A stretch of DNA of 64,000 bases from an uncultured delta proteobacterium (GCA_963728565.1 CAVSLC010000003.1:64001-128000), one strand, 5' to 3'. Shown: positions 21,146-35,552, numbered from the stretch's first letter. Notes: a model not told the origin generated them from the letters alone. Numbers and translations are program-made.

Positions 21146-24100
21146 ATGCCATTTCAAGTGGCCAATAATCTACGATTTCGCCGCAGTTTTGGCAGGATCA
21201 AGAGAATCATTGATCTGCCCTATCTAATTGAAATCCAGAAGAACTCCTATGAGTTGTTTTTGCAAAAGGATGCTTCGCCCGCGCAGCGCGAGAATATCGG
21301 CCTTCAAGAGGTTTTTAAATCGGTATTTCCAATCAAGGACTTCAATGAAACGGCGTCCCTGGAGTTCGTCAGCTATAGCTTGGGCGAGCCGAAATACGAC
21401 GTCGACGAGTGTCATCAGCGCGGCATGACTTTCGCCGCGCCGCTCAAAGTAACGGTTCAGCTCGTTTTATGGGATGTCGACTCCCAAACCGGCGCCCGCA
21501 GCATCAAGAATGTCAAAGAGCAGGAGGTGTATTTTGGTGAGATTGCTCTGATGACGAAGAACGGCACGTTCATGGTGAACGGCACCGAACGGGTCATTGT
21601 CAGCCAATTGCACCGATCCCCTGGAGTTTTTTTCGAACATGACAAGGGAAAGACGCACGCAAGCGGCAAGTTGCTCTATTCGGCGCGAATTATTCCCTAC
21701 CGCGGTTCCTGGGTCGATCTCGAGTTTGATCCCCGAGATATCATCTATGTCCGTATCGATCGCCGGCGTAAGTTTCATGCCACGGTTTTGCTGAGAGCGC
21801 TCGGTATGACTACGGAAGATCTGCTGAATTACTACTACCGGAGCGATACCATCGTCTTCGATGGCCGCAAACCGGCGCTTGTTTTCAATCCCGCGCATTT
21901 GATGGGAGCGAAAGTGACGAGCGATGTTCGTGACCCCAAAAGCAATGATCTGATCGTTAAGGAAGGTAAAAAGTTTACCCGTCCGGTCTTGCGTCAAATG
22001 GAGCAAGCCAAGGTCAAACAAGTTCCAATCGTTTGGGAAGAGATCCTGGGTCGGATTGCTGCCCATGATATCGTCAATCCGCAAACCAAAGAAGTCATCG
22101 TTGAATCCAATCATCCCATTACCCAAGAGAAGTTGGATCTCATCCGTGAAAAGGGCATTCATCAGATTGAAGTTCTGTTCATCGACGAATCGACAGTCGG
22201 TCCTTACTTGCGAAATACGTTGTTGCAGGATCGCATCAACTCACCTCAAGATGCAATTTTGGAGATTTATCGCCGCCTAAGGCCGGGTGATCCTCCGACG
22301 GTTGATTCGGCGACTAACTTCTTTAACAACTTGTTCTTCAATCCTGACCGTTATGATCTTTCCAAAGTAGGTCGGCTTAAGCTGAATCACCGCCTTAAGC
22401 TCAACGTTCCGTTGGAGCAGGGTACGCTTCGCAAGGAAGATATTCTTGAGGTCGTTCGATATTTGATGGAGCTAAAGAACGGCAACGGCACCGTCGACGA
22501 TATTGATCATCTCGGTAACCGCCGCGTACGCGCCGTCGGCGAGCTCGTTGAAAACCACTTCCGTGTCGGATTGGTGCGTATGGAACGGGCCATCAAAGAG
22601 AAAATGAGCTTGCAGGATATCGAAACGTTGATGCCGCAGGAACTGATTAACTACAAGCCTGTTTCCGCAGCGCTTAAAGAGTTTTTTGGCTCCAGCCAAT
22701 TGTCCCAATTCATGGATCAAACTAATCCGCTTTCGGAGATCACTCACAAACGCCGCTTATCGGCATTGGGTCCCGGTGGACTGACCCGGGAACGCGCAGG
22801 ATTCGAGGTGCGCGATGTTCATCCGACGCACTATGGTCGCGTTTGTCCGATTGAGACGCCGGAAGGTCCGAATATTGGACTGATCGCATCCTTGACGACG
22901 TATGCTCGGGTCAATGAGTTTGGCTTCATCGAAACGCCGTATCGCGAGGTTGAAAACGGCAAGGTCACCGATCGGATACGGTATCTTTCCGCGCTTGAAG
23001 AGGAAGATCATGTCATCGCCCAAGCCAATGCGCCGATCGATGCCCGTGGCGTCTTCACTCTCGATTTAGTTTCCGCTCGCAAAGGCGGTGAATTCGTAAT
23101 GGCGCGACCTGAGGAAGTCAACTTCATGGATGTGTCGCCGAATCAACTCGTCAGCGTGGCGGCCTCGCTGATTCCATTCCTTGAAAATGATGACGCCAAC
23201 CGGGCTCTGATGGGCTCTAACATGCAGCGTCAGGCAGTGCCTCTGTTAAGGACCGAGGCTCCTCTGGTCGGTACCGGGATGGAGAAAGTTGTCGCCCGGG
23301 ATTCCGGCGTGACAGTCGTGGCGAAGCGCGACGGCGTAATCGAAAGTGTCGATTCGACTCGCATTGTGGTTAAGGCCGATAAGGCTTCCGGCGCCCGGGA
23401 CACGGGAGTTGATATCTACAATTTAGTCAAGTACCAGCGTTCCAATCAGAATACTTGCGTCAATCAACGACCAATCGTCAGGATTGGTGACCAAGTAAAA
23501 GCCGGCGACGTTATTGCCGACGGTCCATCCACCGAGATGGGAGAGCTTGCACTGGGCCGCAATGTTCTTGTCGCGCTTATGCCTTGGGGCGGCTACAACT
23601 TTGAAGATTCTATTTTAATTAGTGAGCGTGTCGTTAAAGAAGACATTTACACCTCAATTCATATCGAAGAATTTGAATGTGTTTCCCGCGACACCAAGCT
23701 CGGGCCGGAAGAGATCACGCGCGACATCCCGAACGTCGGCGACGAAGCGCTGACCGATCTTGACGACAGCGGTATCATCAGGATCGGCGCCGAGGTCAAG
23801 CCTAGTGATATCCTCGTGGGAAAAATCACTCCCAAGGGCGAGACTCAGTTGTCCCCTGAAGAAAAACTCTTGCGCGCTATATTCGGAGAGAAGGCTGGTG
23901 AGGTCCGAGATACCTCGCTGCGCGTTCCGCCGGGAGTTGAAGGCACGGTCATCAATGTCCGGATCTTTTCGCGCAAAGGTTTGGGCAAAGATGAGAGAAG
24001 CAAGGCGATCGAGGACGAAGAGATCATTCGACTACGCAAAGACCAGCATGATGAAGTCCGAATTCTTCAAGATGGCGCGCTCAGGCGTTTGAAAAAACTT

Positions 24101-25249
24101 CTAGTCGGCCGGAAACTGGCGAACCGACTAAGCGACGACAGTCGAAAACTGCTGCTAGTCAAGGGTAAGGAGATCACCGAAGAAGATCTGGATCAATTGC
24201 CGATGAGCTACTGGAGCGAGATCCGTGTCGATAACGAATCAGTGGAAGCGGAGCTCGACCGTATCGTTGAAAGCACGGCCGGACAGGTCAAGCTAATCAA
24301 AGAGGTATTCGAAGACAAGATCGAAAAACTCAGAGGCGGCGATGAACTCCCGCCAGGCGTCATCAAGATGGTCAAGGTCTTTGTCGCCATCAAGCGTAAG
24401 TTGCAGGTTGGCGACAAGATGGCTGGCCGCCACGGCAATAAAGGCGTCATTTCTAGGATCCTGCCCGAAGAGGATATGCCTTATCTAGAGGACGGCACCC
24501 CGGTTGACGTGGTGCTCAATCCGCTGGGTGTCCCCTCACGTATGAACGTGGGCCAGATTCTTGAAGCGCATCTGGGCTGGGCAGCGCGCAGTCTCGGGCA
24601 TCAGATCGATCAACTAATGCGCGAACACCGCCAGGAAGTGGACGCTCTGCGCAAGCGGCTTAAGGAATATCTCAATAGCAAAGAAGCCAGCGAGCTTATC
24701 GATGGCGTCAAAGACGCTGACGTATTTAAGCTGGCGGAGAAATATCGTGACGGGGTGCGTTTGGCGTCGCCGGTTTTTGACGGCGCGGCGGAAGATGAAA
24801 TCTTTAATTTGCTGCGAAAAGCCGATCTCCCGGTCAGCGGCCAAGTGACTCTATATGATGGCCGCAGCGGCGAGCCCTTCGACGGCAAAGTCACAGTCGG
24901 GATTATGTATATCATGAAACTGCATCACCTGGTTGATGACAAAATACATGCTCGCTCCACCGGTCCCTATTCTCTCGTTACACAGCAACCATTGGGCGGA
25001 AAGGCTCAGTTTGGCGGCCAGCGGCTCGGAGAAATGGAGGTTTGGGCGTTAGAGGCTTATGGCGCGGCGTATACGCTTCAAGAAATGCTGACTGTCAAGT
25101 CTGATGATGTCGTTGGGCGAACGCGAATGTACGAGGCGATTGTTAAAGGGGATAATCTCCTCGAACCAGGATTGCCTGAATCGTTTAACGTGATGGTTAA
25201 GGAGCTCCAGAGCCTGGGGCTCGATGTTGATCTAGTCGAGGAAAAATAG
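21146..25249 (+). CDS. rpoB: DNA-directed RNA polymerase subunit beta
   Basis: [45 protein letters not shown]. Confidence 0.99.
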   Translation: MPFQVANNLRFRRSFGRIKRIIDLPYLIEIQKNSYELFLQKDASPAQRENIGLQEVFKSVFPIKDFNETASLEFVSYSLGEPKYDVDECHQRGMTFAAPLKVTVQLVLWDVDSQTGARSIKNVKEQEVYFGEIALMTKNGTFMVNGTERVIVSQLHRSPGVFFEHDKGKTHASGKLLYSARIIPYRGSWVDLEFDPRDIIYVRIDRRRKFHATVLLRALGMTTEDLLNYYYRSDTIVFDGRKPALVFNPAHLMGAKVTSDVRDPKSNDLIVKEGKKFTRPVLRQMEQAKVKQVPIVWEEILGRIAAHDIVNPQTKEVIVESNHPITQEKLDLIREKGIHQIEVLFIDESTVGPYLRNTLLQDRINSPQDAILEIYRRLRPGDPPTVDSATNFFNNLFFNPDRYDLSKVGRLKLNHRLKLNVPLEQGTLRKEDILEVVRYLMELKNGNGTVDDIDHLGNRRVRAVGELVENHFRVGLVRMERAIKEKMSLQDIETLMPQELINYKPVSAALKEFFGSSQLSQFMDQTNPLSEITHKRRLSALGPGGLTRERAGFEVRDVHPTHYGRVCPIETPEGPNIGLIASLTTYARVNEFGFIETPYREVENGKVTDRIRYLSALEEEDHVIAQANAPIDARGVFTLDLVSARKGGEFVMARPEEVNFMDVSPNQLVSVAASLIPFLENDDANRALMGSNMQRQAVPLLRTEAPLVGTGMEKVVARDSGVTVVAKRDGVIESVDSTRIVVKADKASGARDTGVDIYNLVKYQRSNQNTCVNQRPIVRIGDQVKAGDVIADGPSTEMGELALGRNVLVALMPWGGYNFEDSILISERVVKEDIYTSIHIEEFECVSRDTKLGPEEITRDIPNVGDEALTDLDDSGIIRIGAEVKPSDILVGKITPKGETQLSPEEKLLRAIFGEKAGEVRDTSLRVPPGVEGTVINVRIFSRKGLGKDERSKAIEDEEIIRLRKDQHDEVRILQDGALRRLKKLLVGRKLANRLSDDSRKLLLVKGKEITEEDLDQLPMSYWSEIRVDNESVEAELDRIVESTAGQVKLIKEVFEDKIEKLRGGDELPPGVIKMVKVFVAIKRKLQVGDKMAGRHGNKGVISRILPEEDMPYLEDGTPVDVVLNPLGVPSRMNVGQILEAHLGWAARSLGHQIDQLMREHRQEVDALRKRLKEYLNSKEASELIDGVKDADVFKLAEKYRDGVRLASPVFDGAAEDEIFNLLRKADLPVSGQVTLYDGRSGEPFDGKVTVGIMYIMKLHHLVDDKIHARSTGPYSLVTQQPLGGKAQFGGQRLGEMEVWALEAYGAAYTLQEMLTVKSDDVVGRTRMYEAIVKGDNLLEPGLPESFNVMVKELQSLGLDVDLVEEK

Positions 25250-25296
25250 CTAAGCCTTGTGGAGGCCCACTGCGCTGATGCTGGAGGTGGATCTTT

Positions 25297-28200
25297 ATGG
25301 AAGATCTTTTTAACTTATTCGAACGACCGAAAAATCCGCTAAGTTTTAATGCGATCCGAGTCTCTGTGGCGTCCCCGGAAAAAGTGCGGTCTTGGTCACA
25401 CGGGGAGGTGAAGAAGCCGGAGACGATTAACTACAGAACGTTCAAGCCGGAACGAGATGGTTTATTTTGCGCCAAGATTTTTGGTCCGACCAAAGATTAC
25501 GAATGTAACTGCGGCAAGTATAAACGCATGCGCCACCGAGGCGTGGTCTGTGAAAAGTGCGGCGTCGAGGTGATTCAGTCCAAGGTGCGCCGCGAACGGA
25601 TGGGCCATATCGAGCTGGCCACGCCGGTAGTCCATATCTGGTTTCTCAAAAGCCTGCCGAGCCGGATCGGTGCTTTGCTCGACATGTCGCTAAAGGATAT
25701 CGAGAAGGTGCTCTATTTCGAGTCCTATATTGTTATCGATCCAGGAGAGACTCCTTTGCAATACAAGGAGCTTTTGAGCGAGGTCCGATATCGCAAAGCG
25801 ATGGAGGAGTTTGGCGGGAGGTTTACTGCGGAGATGGGCGCGGAGGCGGTGCGGAAGATCCTCAAAGCCGTCGATGTAGTAAAACTTTCAGAAGATCTGC
25901 GCCAAGAGATGCGCGATGCGAACTCCGAGGTTCGTCGCAAAAAGTTGGCAAAACGATTAAAAGTCCTAAACGCTTTTAGGACTTCGGGGAATCGACCGGA
26001 GTGGATGGTCATGGAAGTTGTTCCAGTCATTCCCCCGGATCTACGGCCTTTGGTGCCGCTTGATGGTGGTCGTTTCGCGACCTCGGATTTAAACGATCTC
26101 TACCGGCGCGTCATCAACCGAAACAATCGGCTCAAGCGCCTGATGGAGCTAAGCGCGCCGGATATGATCATTCGCAACGAGAAACGCATGCTCCAGGAGG
26201 CCGTTGACGCTCTATTTGATAACGGCCGGCGTGGGCGAGCTATCACCGGCCAAAATCGCCGGCCGCTTAAGTCCTTGAGCGATATGCTTAAAGGTAAAAC
26301 CGGCAGATTCCGCCAGAACCTGCTCGGCAAACGGGTGGACTATTCCGGACGTTCGGTGATCGTTGTTGGACCGGAACTGCGGCTGCACCAATGCGGGCTG
26401 CCTAAGAAGATGGCTTTGGAGTTGTTCAAGCCGTTTATCTATAACAAGCTCGAAGAGCGCGGCTTCGTCACCACGATCAAGAGCGCAAAGAAAATGGTCG
26501 AAAAAGAACGGCCCGAGGTTTGGGATATTCTCGATGAAGTGATTCGCGAGCACCCGGTGATGCTCAACCGCGCTCCGACATTGCATCGCCTTGGGATTCA
26601 AGCTTTTGAGCCGATCCTGATTGAGGGGAAGGCGATTCAGCTTCATCCATTGGTCTGCGCGGCGTATAACGCAGATTTCGACGGTGATCAGATGGCAGTT
26701 CATGTCCCATTGTCGGTCGAAGCTCAGGTTGAAGCTCGCGCCCTGATGATGTCCACCAACAATATTCTGTCCCCGGCCAATGGTAAGCCCATTATCGTGC
26801 CGACCCAGGATATCGTGCTGGGCCTCTACTACATGACCCGGGATCGCTTCCAAGCCAAAGGCGCCGGGCGCATCTTTAGCAGCCCGACGGAAGTTCGTAT
26901 CGCCTATGATCAGGGTGAGGTGGAGATTCAAGCGCCGATCACCGTGCGGATGAACGGCGAGCGCGTCGAGACCACCGTCGGCCGAATTCTGGTTTATGAG
27001 GTTGTGCCGCCGGAGATCGCATTCAAGGAAGTCAATCGAGTTCTGAAGAAAAAAGAGCTGGCAAATCTGATCGACATCAGTTACCGGCTGGCTGGCAATA
27101 AGGCGACCGTTATTCTCGCCGACCGTTTGAAAGATATCGGATATCGGCATGCCACCAAGGCGGGCATCTCTATCGCCATCAAGGACATGGTGATCCCGCC
27201 CAATAAAGAGGTCTTGCTCAAGAGCGCGCACGAAGACGTTCGCGAAATCGAAGAGCAATACAAGAACGGACTCATTACCGACGGTGAACGTTACAACAAA
27301 GTGGTTGATATCTGGGCTGAGGTTACCGATCGAATCGCCGACGAAATGCTACGCGACCTTGGCTCCGAGAAAGTTACTGATGAAACCGGACGTGAAACTT
27401 CGATTCCAAGCTTTAATCCGATCTTCATGATGGCCGATTCCGGTGCTCGCGGCAGCGCCCAGCAGATCCGTCAGTTGGCGGGCATGCGCGGGTTGATGGC
27501 CAAGCCGTCCGGAGAGATTATTGAGACGCCAATTACGGCTAACTTTCGTGAGGGATTGACGGTTTTGCAGTACTTCATCTCAACCCACGGCGCGCGCAAG
27601 GGGTTGGCTGACACCGCATTGAAGACCGCTAATTCGGGTTATCTGACTCGACGCCTGGTAGACGTAGCTCAGGACTCGGTGATTTCCGATCCTGATTGCG
27701 GCACCATGGATGGCATAGAAATCACGCCGCTCATGGAAGGCGGTGAGATTATCGAGCCCCTCGGCGATCGCGTGCTCGGGCGAGTCGCGCTCGAGGATGT
27801 GCGCGATCCTTTCTCCGGCGACATTATCGTCAAAGCCAACCAAGAAATTAATGAAGACTTGGTACAACGCATCGAAGACGCCGGTTTGGAGCGGATCAAG
27901 ATTCGTTCTGTGTTGACCTGCCAATCGAAGCGCGGCGTATGTGTGATGTGCTACGGCCGTGATCTAGGTCGAGGACACATGGTCAATCACGGGGAAGCGA
28001 TCGGCGTTATTGCGGCGCAATCGATTGGCGAACCGGGAACACAGCTCACGATGCGTACGTTTCACATCGGTGGTACTGCGAGCCGGAGAGCAGAGCAGAC
28101 TACTCTCGAATCGCGCAACGATGGCTATATCAAGTTCATCAACGTCAGCACCGTCACCAACAAGGAGAAGGATCTAGTGGTGATGAATCGCAACGGCGAA

Positions 28201-29424
28201 CTCGCCGTCATCGATTATCCGGAAGGTGAGAAAGGCAGGGAACGCGAGCGAGAGCGTTACCCGGTGGTTTATGGCGCGAAGCTGAAAAAGAAGGATGGGG
28301 ACAAGATCAAAGCCGGCGAGTTGATCGCCGAATGGGATCCGTACACGATTCCGATTTTGACTGAAATGAGCGGCGTAGTGAAGTTTGGTGACGTCGTTGA
28401 AGCGATCACCATGGAGGAGAAGGTGGACGAACGCACAGGTCTGTCCACAAAGGTAATTATTGACTCCAAAGACGTTGACAAGCGGCCGCGAATTTCCATC
28501 AAAGACGATGGTGGACAGACGGCGCGGATGTCAGCAACATCGGAAGCTCGCTATCTGCTACCGGTGGGCGCTCATATCAACGTGCAAGAGGGTCAGACGG
28601 TTTACGCGGGGGATGCGATTGCAAAAATCCCGCGCGAAACAACCAAGACAAAGGATATTACCGGCGGCTTGCCCCGGGTAGCCGAATTGTTCGAAGCGCG
28701 CAAGCCGAAAGAGTTCGCAGTCATAAGTGAAATCGACGGAACCGTTTCCTTTGGTAAAGACACCAAGGGAAAACGCAAAGTGGTCGTCACTCCCGAAGTT
28801 GGCGAACCGCGCGAGTATCTGATCCCCAAGGGCAAACACATCAGCGTGCACGAAACCGATCGTATACGCGCTGGCGAGCCTCTCATGGATGGTTCTTCAA
28901 ATCCCCATGACATTCTCAACATTTTGGGTGAAAAAGCGCTCGCCAAGTACCTTGTAGACGAAGTTCAGGAGATTTACCGCCTGCAAGGGGTGCGCATCAA
29001 TGATAAGCACATCGAGGTCATCGTCAGACAGATGTTACGCCGTGTGCGCATCAAAGAGGTAGGAGATACCGAATTCCTGGTCGGCGATCAAGTGGAGAAA
29101 TGGCGGTTTGACGAGGAGAATCAGCGTGCCATCGCAGGAGGCGGCAAGCCGGCTGTGGCTGAGCCACTGCTTCTCGGAATCACCAAGGCCTCGCTATCGA
29201 CCGAAAGCTTTATCTCGGCAGCTTCGTTTCAAGAAACGACGAAAGTGCTCACTGAAGCGGCGATTCACGGCAAGATTGATTTACTTTGCGGTCTTAAGGA
29301 GAACGTCATCATGGGCCGGCTGATCCCGGCGGGAACCGGGGTCGCGAGATATTCGAAAGCTGAAATCGAAATCGATGCTCCAGAGGGATTCGAAGAGGAC
29401 ATGTCACAGGCCGCAGGAGCTTAA
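25297..29424 (+). CDS. rpoC: DNA-directed RNA polymerase subunit beta'
   Basis: [10 protein letters not shown] catalytic motif, N-terminal Zn ribbon. Confidence 0.99.
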   Translation: MEDLFNLFERPKNPLSFNAIRVSVASPEKVRSWSHGEVKKPETINYRTFKPERDGLFCAKIFGPTKDYECNCGKYKRMRHRGVVCEKCGVEVIQSKVRRERMGHIELATPVVHIWFLKSLPSRIGALLDMSLKDIEKVLYFESYIVIDPGETPLQYKELLSEVRYRKAMEEFGGRFTAEMGAEAVRKILKAVDVVKLSEDLRQEMRDANSEVRRKKLAKRLKVLNAFRTSGNRPEWMVMEVVPVIPPDLRPLVPLDGGRFATSDLNDLYRRVINRNNRLKRLMELSAPDMIIRNEKRMLQEAVDALFDNGRRGRAITGQNRRPLKSLSDMLKGKTGRFRQNLLGKRVDYSGRSVIVVGPELRLHQCGLPKKMALELFKPFIYNKLEERGFVTTIKSAKKMVEKERPEVWDILDEVIREHPVMLNRAPTLHRLGIQAFEPILIEGKAIQLHPLVCAAYNADFDGDQMAVHVPLSVEAQVEARALMMSTNNILSPANGKPIIVPTQDIVLGLYYMTRDRFQAKGAGRIFSSPTEVRIAYDQGEVEIQAPITVRMNGERVETTVGRILVYEVVPPEIAFKEVNRVLKKKELANLIDISYRLAGNKATVILADRLKDIGYRHATKAGISIAIKDMVIPPNKEVLLKSAHEDVREIEEQYKNGLITDGERYNKVVDIWAEVTDRIADEMLRDLGSEKVTDETGRETSIPSFNPIFMMADSGARGSAQQIRQLAGMRGLMAKPSGEIIETPITANFREGLTVLQYFISTHGARKGLADTALKTANSGYLTRRLVDVAQDSVISDPDCGTMDGIEITPLMEGGEIIEPLGDRVLGRVALEDVRDPFSGDIIVKANQEINEDLVQRIEDAGLERIKIRSVLTCQSKRGVCVMCYGRDLGRGHMVNHGEAIGVIAAQSIGEPGTQLTMRTFHIGGTASRRAEQTTLESRNDGYIKFINVSTVTNKEKDLVVMNRNGELAVIDYPEGEKGRERERERYPVVYGAKLKKKDGDKIKAGELIAEWDPYTIPILTEMSGVVKFGDVVEAITMEEKVDERTGLSTKVIIDSKDVDKRPRISIKDDGGQTARMSATSEARYLLPVGAHINVQEGQTVYAGDAIAKIPRETTKTKDITGGLPRVAELFEARKPKEFAVISEIDGTVSFGKDTKGKRKVVVTPEVGEPREYLIPKGKHISVHETDRIRAGEPLMDGSSNPHDILNILGEKALAKYLVDEVQEIYRLQGVRINDKHIEVIVRQMLRRVRIKEVGDTEFLVGDQVEKWRFDEENQRAIAGGGKPAVAEPLLLGITKASLSTESFISAASFQETTKVLTEAAIHGKIDLLCGLKENVIMGRLIPAGTGVARYSKAEIEIDAPEGFEEDMSQAAGA

Positions 29425-29520
29425 GCTTTTGACATGGTGGGATGAATTTGTTAACTAGAGTGGTTCCCCAGGAAGTTGTTGCTTTATCCATATCAATTAA
29501 TTTGGTGATCGAATAAACGT

Positions 29521-30364
<844 letters not shown>

Positions 30365-30384
30365 ATTTAGAAAAGATATATTGT

Positions 30385-30417
30385 AAAAAGGAGGCGGTTG
30401 ATCCGCCTCCTTTTTTT
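30385..30417 (+). terminator. Intrinsic terminator-like hairpin inside the str operon
   Basis: aaaaaggaggcgg-ttgat-ccgcctcc followed by T7. Confidence 0.75.
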
Positions 30418-30431
30418 CCCGGTGTAGAGCA

Positions 30432-32528
30432 ATGCCTAGAACTGTTCCCTTAGATAGAACCCGCAATATCGGCATCATGGCCCATATTGATGCGGGAAAG
30501 ACGACAACCACCGAAAGGATCCTTTATTATACGGGGATCAACTACAAGATCGGCGAGGTTCACGAGGGAACTGCGACCATGGACTGGATGGTCCAAGAGC
30601 AAGAGCGCGGCATTACTATCACTTCAGCCGCAACCACCTGTTTATGGCGAGATCACCGGGTCAATATCATTGATACGCCGGGACACGTTGACTTTACGAT
30701 CGAGGTGGAACGTTCGCTGCGAGTTTTAGACGGCGCCGTAGGGGTTTTCTGCTCGGTGGGTGGCGTCGAGCCGCAGACCGAGACTGTTTGGCGGCAGGCC
30801 GATAAGTACCAGGTTCCCCGAATCGCATTTGTCAACAAGATGGATCGGTTGGGAGCGGATTTCTTCCGGGTCGTCCAAATGATCAAGGATCGTCTCGGCG
30901 CGCGCGCGGTTCCGTTGCAGTTGCCAATCGGTGCCGAGGATAAATTCATCGGCGTCATCGATCTGGTGCGCATGAAGTCGATTGTCTGGGAGGATGAGAG
31001 TCTCGGCGCCAAGTTTCGTGATGAAGCTATACCGGAGGAGCTAGCATCGGCGGCGGCCGAGTATCGTGAAAAGTTGATCGAAGCGGCTGCGGATTCGGAC
31101 GAGACAATCATGGAGAAGTACTTGGAGGGCCACGAAATCAGCGAAGCTGAGCTGACGAAGGCCATCCGAAGTGCTACTTTGGCGATCAAGATCATTCCGG
31201 TGCTGTGCGGTTCGGCGTTCCGCAACAAAGGTGTTCAGCCGTTGCTCGACGCCGTGATCGAGTACTTGCCCTCGCCATTGGATATTCCGCCGGTTAAAGG
31301 CATCGATCCCGACACCCAGGCGCCCGACGAACGCCCCGCCAAGGACGATGCTCCGTTTTCGGCTCTAGCGTTCAAAATCATGACTGACCCGTTCGTTGGA
31401 ACGTTGAGTTTTTTCAGAGTCTACTCCGGATCGTTGACTGCGGGCGCCAGCGTTTATAATTCAACCAAAGGCAAGCGCGAGAGAATAGGTCGTCTTTTGA
31501 AGATGCACGCGAACAAGCGTGAAGAGATAAAAGAAGTGTACGCCGGTGATATTGCCGCTGGAGTGGGTCTGCGAACTGCAACCACGGGCGATACTTTGTG
31601 CGATGAGAACGATCCGATTATTCTCGAATCCATCGAGTTTCCGGAGCCGGTAATTTCGATTGCCATCGAACCGAAAAGCAAGGCCGATCAGGAAAAGCTT
31701 GGCTTGTCACTGCAGAAGCTAGCCGCTGAAGACCCGTCGTTCCGAGTGCGGACCGACGAAGAGACCGGCCAGACGATTATTTCCGGCATGGGCGAGCTTC
31801 ACCTGGAAATCATCGTTGATCGCCTACTAAGAGAATTTAACGTCGGCGCCAATGTCGGTAAGCCGCAGGTCGCCTATAAGGAAACGGTTCGTAAGGCGGT
31901 CGAGCAGCAGGGCAAGTTCATTCGCCAAACCGGTGGCCGCGGTCAGTACGGTGATGTCTGGATCAAATTAGAGCCACAACAGCCCGGAGCTGGTTTTGAG
32001 TTCGTCGACGCCATTAAGGGCGGTTCGATTCCGCGCGAGTATATTCCGGCGGTAGAAAAAGGTGTCAAAGAGGCGACGGAAAATGGCGCTTTGGCGGGTT
32101 ATCCGATGGTTGATGTAAAGGTCACGTTGTTCGACGGCAGCTATCATGACGTCGATTCATCGGAAATCGCTTTTAAGATCGCCGGCTCAATGGCTTTCAA
32201 AGAGGCTGCGCGCAAAGCGAGTCCGGTCCTGCTCGAACCGATTATGTCAGTGGAGGTCGTGGTGCCTGAAGATTTCATGGGCGACGTGATTGGCGATCTC
32301 AACTCGCGCCGGGGTAAGGTTTTGGGAATGGATACGCGACCGGCTGCCCAGGCCATAGATGCGCGGGTGCCGCTGGCCCAGATGTTCGGTTATGCTACCG
32401 ATCTGCGTTCAATGACCCAGGGCCGAGCAACCTACACAATGCAATTCTCACATTATGAGCCGGTGCCGGCCAACGTTGCCGAGGGGATTATTGCCAAGTT
32501 AGACGGCAAGTCGGATGACAAAAAATGA
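30432..32528 (+). CDS. fusA: Elongation factor G
   Basis: [35 protein letters not shown]. Confidence 0.99.
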   Translation: MPRTVPLDRTRNIGIMAHIDAGKTTTTERILYYTGINYKIGEVHEGTATMDWMVQEQERGITITSAATTCLWRDHRVNIIDTPGHVDFTIEVERSLRVLDGAVGVFCSVGGVEPQTETVWRQADKYQVPRIAFVNKMDRLGADFFRVVQMIKDRLGARAVPLQLPIGAEDKFIGVIDLVRMKSIVWEDESLGAKFRDEAIPEELASAAAEYREKLIEAAADSDETIMEKYLEGHEISEAELTKAIRSATLAIKIIPVLCGSAFRNKGVQPLLDAVIEYLPSPLDIPPVKGIDPDTQAPDERPAKDDAPFSALAFKIMTDPFVGTLSFFRVYSGSLTAGASVYNSTKGKRERIGRLLKMHANKREEIKEVYAGDIAAGVGLRTATTGDTLCDENDPIILESIEFPEPVISIAIEPKSKADQEKLGLSLQKLAAEDPSFRVRTDEETGQTIISGMGELHLEIIVDRLLREFNVGANVGKPQVAYKETVRKAVEQQGKFIRQTGGRGQYGDVWIKLEPQQPGAGFEFVDAIKGGSIPREYIPAVEKGVKEATENGALAGYPMVDVKVTLFDGSYHDVDSSEIAFKIAGSMAFKEAARKASPVLLEPIMSVEVVVPEDFMGDVIGDLNSRRGKVLGMDTRPAAQAIDARVPLAQMFGYATDLRSMTQGRATYTMQFSHYEPVPANVAEGIIAKLDGKSDDKK

Positions 32529-32833
32529 ACGAGAAAATTAGGATTCGGCTAAAGGCCTACGATCATCGGGTGTTGGATCAATCGGTGGGAGAGATCGTCG
32601 AAACAGTAAAACGCACCGGTGGCAGAGTGGCTGGCCCGATTCCATTGCCGACACGGATCGAACGGTTTACGGTCAATCGCTCGCCTCATGTCGACAAGAA
32701 GTCTCGCGATCAATTCGAGATCCGAACCCATAAGAGATTGCTCGATATTTTGGAGCCGACGCAGCAGACCATTGACGCATTGGGAAAGCTCGATATCGCT
32801 GCGGGCGTGGATGTTGAGATCAAGCTTCAATAA
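32525..32833 (+). CDS. rpsJ: 30S ribosomal protein S10
   Basis: [31 protein letters not shown]; ATGA overlap with fusA. Confidence 0.98.
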   Translation: MNEKIRIRLKAYDHRVLDQSVGEIVETVKRTGGRVAGPIPLPTRIERFTVNRSPHVDKKSRDQFEIRTHKRLLDILEPTQQTIDALGKLDIAAGVDVEIKLQ

Positions 32834-32875
32834 GGGAGACAGCTCTACTAGAAAAGCTTCGCCTGAGAAAATCAT

Positions 32876-33508
32876 ATGACTGGCCTTATCGGAAAAAAAC
32901 TTGGGATGACGCAATTTTATTCTGCGGATGGGAACGTGGTTCCCGTTACGGTCATTGAGACCGGGCCCTGTGTTGTAGTGCAGAAGAAGGAAACAGCGAT
33001 AGACGGTTACAATGCCCTGCAGGTAGGCTTCGGCAGCAAGAAGAGCCAGCGGGTCAACAAGGCCCTTCAAGGGCATATGGCCAAGGCAGGCAAAGGTGCA
33101 TTTTCGATTTTGAGAGAATTCCGCTCTGACGATGTGACAGGGTATCAGGTGGGGCAAGAGATCAAAGTGGCTGATCTGTTCAAGATCGGGGACCTGATCG
33201 ATGTCTCCGGAGTTTCAAAGGGGCATGGCTTCTCGGGGGTCATCAAGAGATGGTCCTTTGCCGGGTTTCCAGGATCCCATGGTACTCACGAATATTTTCG
33301 GCACGGTGGATCGATCGGTAACCGATCGTATCCAGGGCGGGTGCGCAAGGGTAAGAAAATGGCTGGGCACTGGGGCAATGAGAATATATCGATCCAAAAT
33401 CTGGAAGTCATCGACGTTCGCGCCGAAGAGAATCTGCTCCTCGTAAAGGGAGCTGTTCCGGGGGCCAAACAAGGCGTCGTAATTCTACGACGAGCGGTAA
33501 AAGGATAG
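32876..33508 (+). CDS. rplC: 50S ribosomal protein L3
   Basis: GKKLGMTQ, SKGHGFSGVIKRW, KGAVPG. Confidence 0.97.
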   Translation: MTGLIGKKLGMTQFYSADGNVVPVTVIETGPCVVVQKKETAIDGYNALQVGFGSKKSQRVNKALQGHMAKAGKGAFSILREFRSDDVTGYQVGQEIKVADLFKIGDLIDVSGVSKGHGFSGVIKRWSFAGFPGSHGTHEYFRHGGSIGNRSYPGRVRKGKKMAGHWGNENISIQNLEVIDVRAEENLLLVKGAVPGAKQGVVILRRAVKG

Positions 33509-33514
33509 GTCGCG

Positions 33515-34111
33515 ATGGAAGTTCATGTGGCAGAGCCCAAGCTTGATGAACGGATTTTTGGCGTGAACGCGCGCCCGCATCTGTTGCATCAGGCTGTCGT
33601 CATGCAGTTGAGGAACCGGCGCGCGGGTACGGCTGCGACCAAGTCTAAAGGTTTTGTCCGCGGCGGTGGCAAGAAGCCGTGGCGTCAAAAGGGCACGGGG
33701 CGTGCCCGCTCGGGCAGTATTCGGTCACCGATATGGGTCGGAGGTGGGACGATCTTTGGTCCTCAGCCGCGCGATTATTCTTTCCGTATGCCGCGTAAAG
33801 CGCGGCGCGAGGCTTTGCTGTCGGCGTTAAGTCTTAAGAATCAAGAAGGAAAGCTCATCGTTCTTGATAAGCTTGAGCTTGAGGAAGCAAAGACCAAGTT
33901 AATGGCGAATGCTCTTGCGGAATTGAAGGTCCAGAGCGCCCTGCTGGTGGTTTCACAGGCCGATGCGAAAATCGAGCGGGCCGCTCGTAACTTGCCAAAG
34001 ATCAAAGTGCTTCGAGTCGAAGGTTTGAACGTCTACGATCTTCTTCGATACGATCACCTGATCCTTATGGAAGGCGCGTTGAAGCAGTTGGAAGAGAGGT
34101 TGGCTTCATGA
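33515..34111 (+). CDS. rplD: 50S ribosomal protein L4
   Basis: GGGKKPWRQKGTGRARSGSIRSP. Confidence 0.97.
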   Translation: MEVHVAEPKLDERIFGVNARPHLLHQAVVMQLRNRRAGTAATKSKGFVRGGGKKPWRQKGTGRARSGSIRSPIWVGGGTIFGPQPRDYSFRMPRKARREALLSALSLKNQEGKLIVLDKLELEEAKTKLMANALAELKVQSALLVVSQADAKIERAARNLPKIKVLRVEGLNVYDLLRYDHLILMEGALKQLEERLAS

Positions 34112-34398
34112 GAGGACCTCAGGAAATCATCAAGGCGCCGGTCATTTCGGAGAAAGGTTCGCTGCTTGCCGAGACGGTGCAGCAGGTGTTGTTCAAGGTG
34201 CGCCCTGATGCCAACAAAGTTGAAGTTAAAAAGGCTGTTGAGTCTCTTTTTAAGGTCAAAGTCGTTAAAGTGCGCATGGCCCGTTATCTGGGAAAGGTGC
34301 GCCGGGTAGGCAAAAGCACGGGCCGGCGGCCGGAATGGAAGAAGGCATACGTAACCTTACGCGAAGGCGATAAGATCGACTTTTTCGGCGCGGCATAG
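34108..34398 (+). CDS. rplW: 50S ribosomal protein L23
   Basis: PVISEK, ANKVEVKKAVE, WKKAYVTL. Confidence 0.97.
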   Translation: MRGPQEIIKAPVISEKGSLLAETVQQVLFKVRPDANKVEVKKAVESLFKVKVVKVRMARYLGKVRRVGKSTGRRPEWKKAYVTLREGDKIDFFGAA

Positions 34399-34410
34399 AG
34401 AGAATAAATC

Positions 34411-35238
34411 ATGGCGATTAGAACCTATCGACCGACATCGGCCGGGATGCGTTTCCGAACGGGCTTGACCTTTGATGAAGTTGCAAAGAAGCGACCTGAG
34501 AAGGCATTGAGAACGCCTTTGGGTCATAGCGGTGGTCGTAACAACAATGGACGTATTACCGCTGATCATCGAGGCGGAGGACACAAACGGCTCTATCGTG
34601 TTATCGATTTCAAGCGTAACAAAAAAGGTGTTCCGGCGAAGGTTGAAGCGATTGAATACGATCCAAATCGCTCAGCCAACATCGCGCTGCTTTGTTACGC
34701 CGATGGCGAGCGGCGGTACATCCTAGCGCCGGAACGTCTTAAAGTGGGCGATTCCGTGATAGCTGGGGATGATAACGTCGACATTCAACCGGGTAATTCG
34801 CTGCCTCTAAAGTTTGTTCCAGTTGGTACTGTGGTTCACAACGTTGAACTTAAAATAGGTAAAGGCGGTCAGCTAGCCCGAAGCGCCGGTTCAGGCATTC
34901 AGTTAATGGCCAAAGAAGGTTCTTATGCGTTGCTGAAGCTTCCTTCAGGTGAACTCCGTAATGTTCTGGCTGAGTGCCGCGCAACCATCGGTCAGGTCGG
35001 CAATGCCGACCAGGAGAATGTTTCCTGGGGCAAGGCCGGACGAATGCGCTGGCTCGGTTTTCGATCGACCACCCGCGGGATTGCCAAGAATCCCGTCGAT
35101 CATCCGCATGGCGGCGGCGAAGGACGGTCCAAAGGCAATCATCCGATGACACCGTGGGGGAAGCCGACCAAAGGCTACAAGACTCGGAAAAATCAGTCCA
35201 CGGATAAGTACATCGTCAAAGGAAGAAAGGCGAAATAA
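34411..35238 (+). CDS. rplB: 50S ribosomal protein L2
   Basis: [24 protein letters not shown]. Confidence 0.98.
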   Translation: MAIRTYRPTSAGMRFRTGLTFDEVAKKRPEKALRTPLGHSGGRNNNGRITADHRGGGHKRLYRVIDFKRNKKGVPAKVEAIEYDPNRSANIALLCYADGERRYILAPERLKVGDSVIAGDDNVDIQPGNSLPLKFVPVGTVVHNVELKIGKGGQLARSAGSGIQLMAKEGSYALLKLPSGELRNVLAECRATIGQVGNADQENVSWGKAGRMRWLGFRSTTRGIAKNPVDHPHGGGEGRSKGNHPMTPWGKPTKGYKTRKNQSTDKYIVKGRKAK

Positions 35239-35240
35239 GC

Positions 35241-35552
35241 ATGCCGCGTTCGATAAAAAAGGGGCCCTTCGTCGATGAACATCTAACCAAGAAGATTTCG
35301 GCGATGAACGAATCACGTCAGAAGCAAGTGATCCGGACCTGGTCGCGTCGGTCCACCGTGACGCCTGAGATGGTCGGTCATACGATCGGCGTGCACAACG
35401 GTCGAAAGTTCATTCCGGTATTTGTTTCCGAAAACATGGTCGGACATAAACTCGGTGAGTTCTCGCCGACCCGAACTTTCTTTGCTCATTCGGGAGACAA
35501 GAAGGCCGAATCGGGTCAGGCCGGAGCGAGACCCGGCGGCGCCTCCAGATAG
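35241..35552 (+). CDS. rpsS: 30S ribosomal protein S19
   Basis: [25 protein letters not shown]. Confidence 0.98.
   Translation: MPRSIKKGPFVDEHLTKKISAMNESRQKQVIRTWSRRSTVTPEMVGHTIGVHNGRKFIPVFVSENMVGHKLGEFSPTRTFFAHSGDKKAESGQAGARPGGASR

Noticed and set aside
22680-22800. Rifampicin-resistance substitutions in RpoB, and streptomycin-resistance substitutions in S12
   Set aside because: The motifs read as wild type ([23 protein letters not shown]; PKKPNSA; RVKDLP).
26212-27258. 348-aa antisense ORF in rpoC, and similar long antisense ORFs in rpoB, rpoA, rplA and fusA
   Set aside because: Expected from codon bias in conserved, highly expressed genes; no recognisable motifs.
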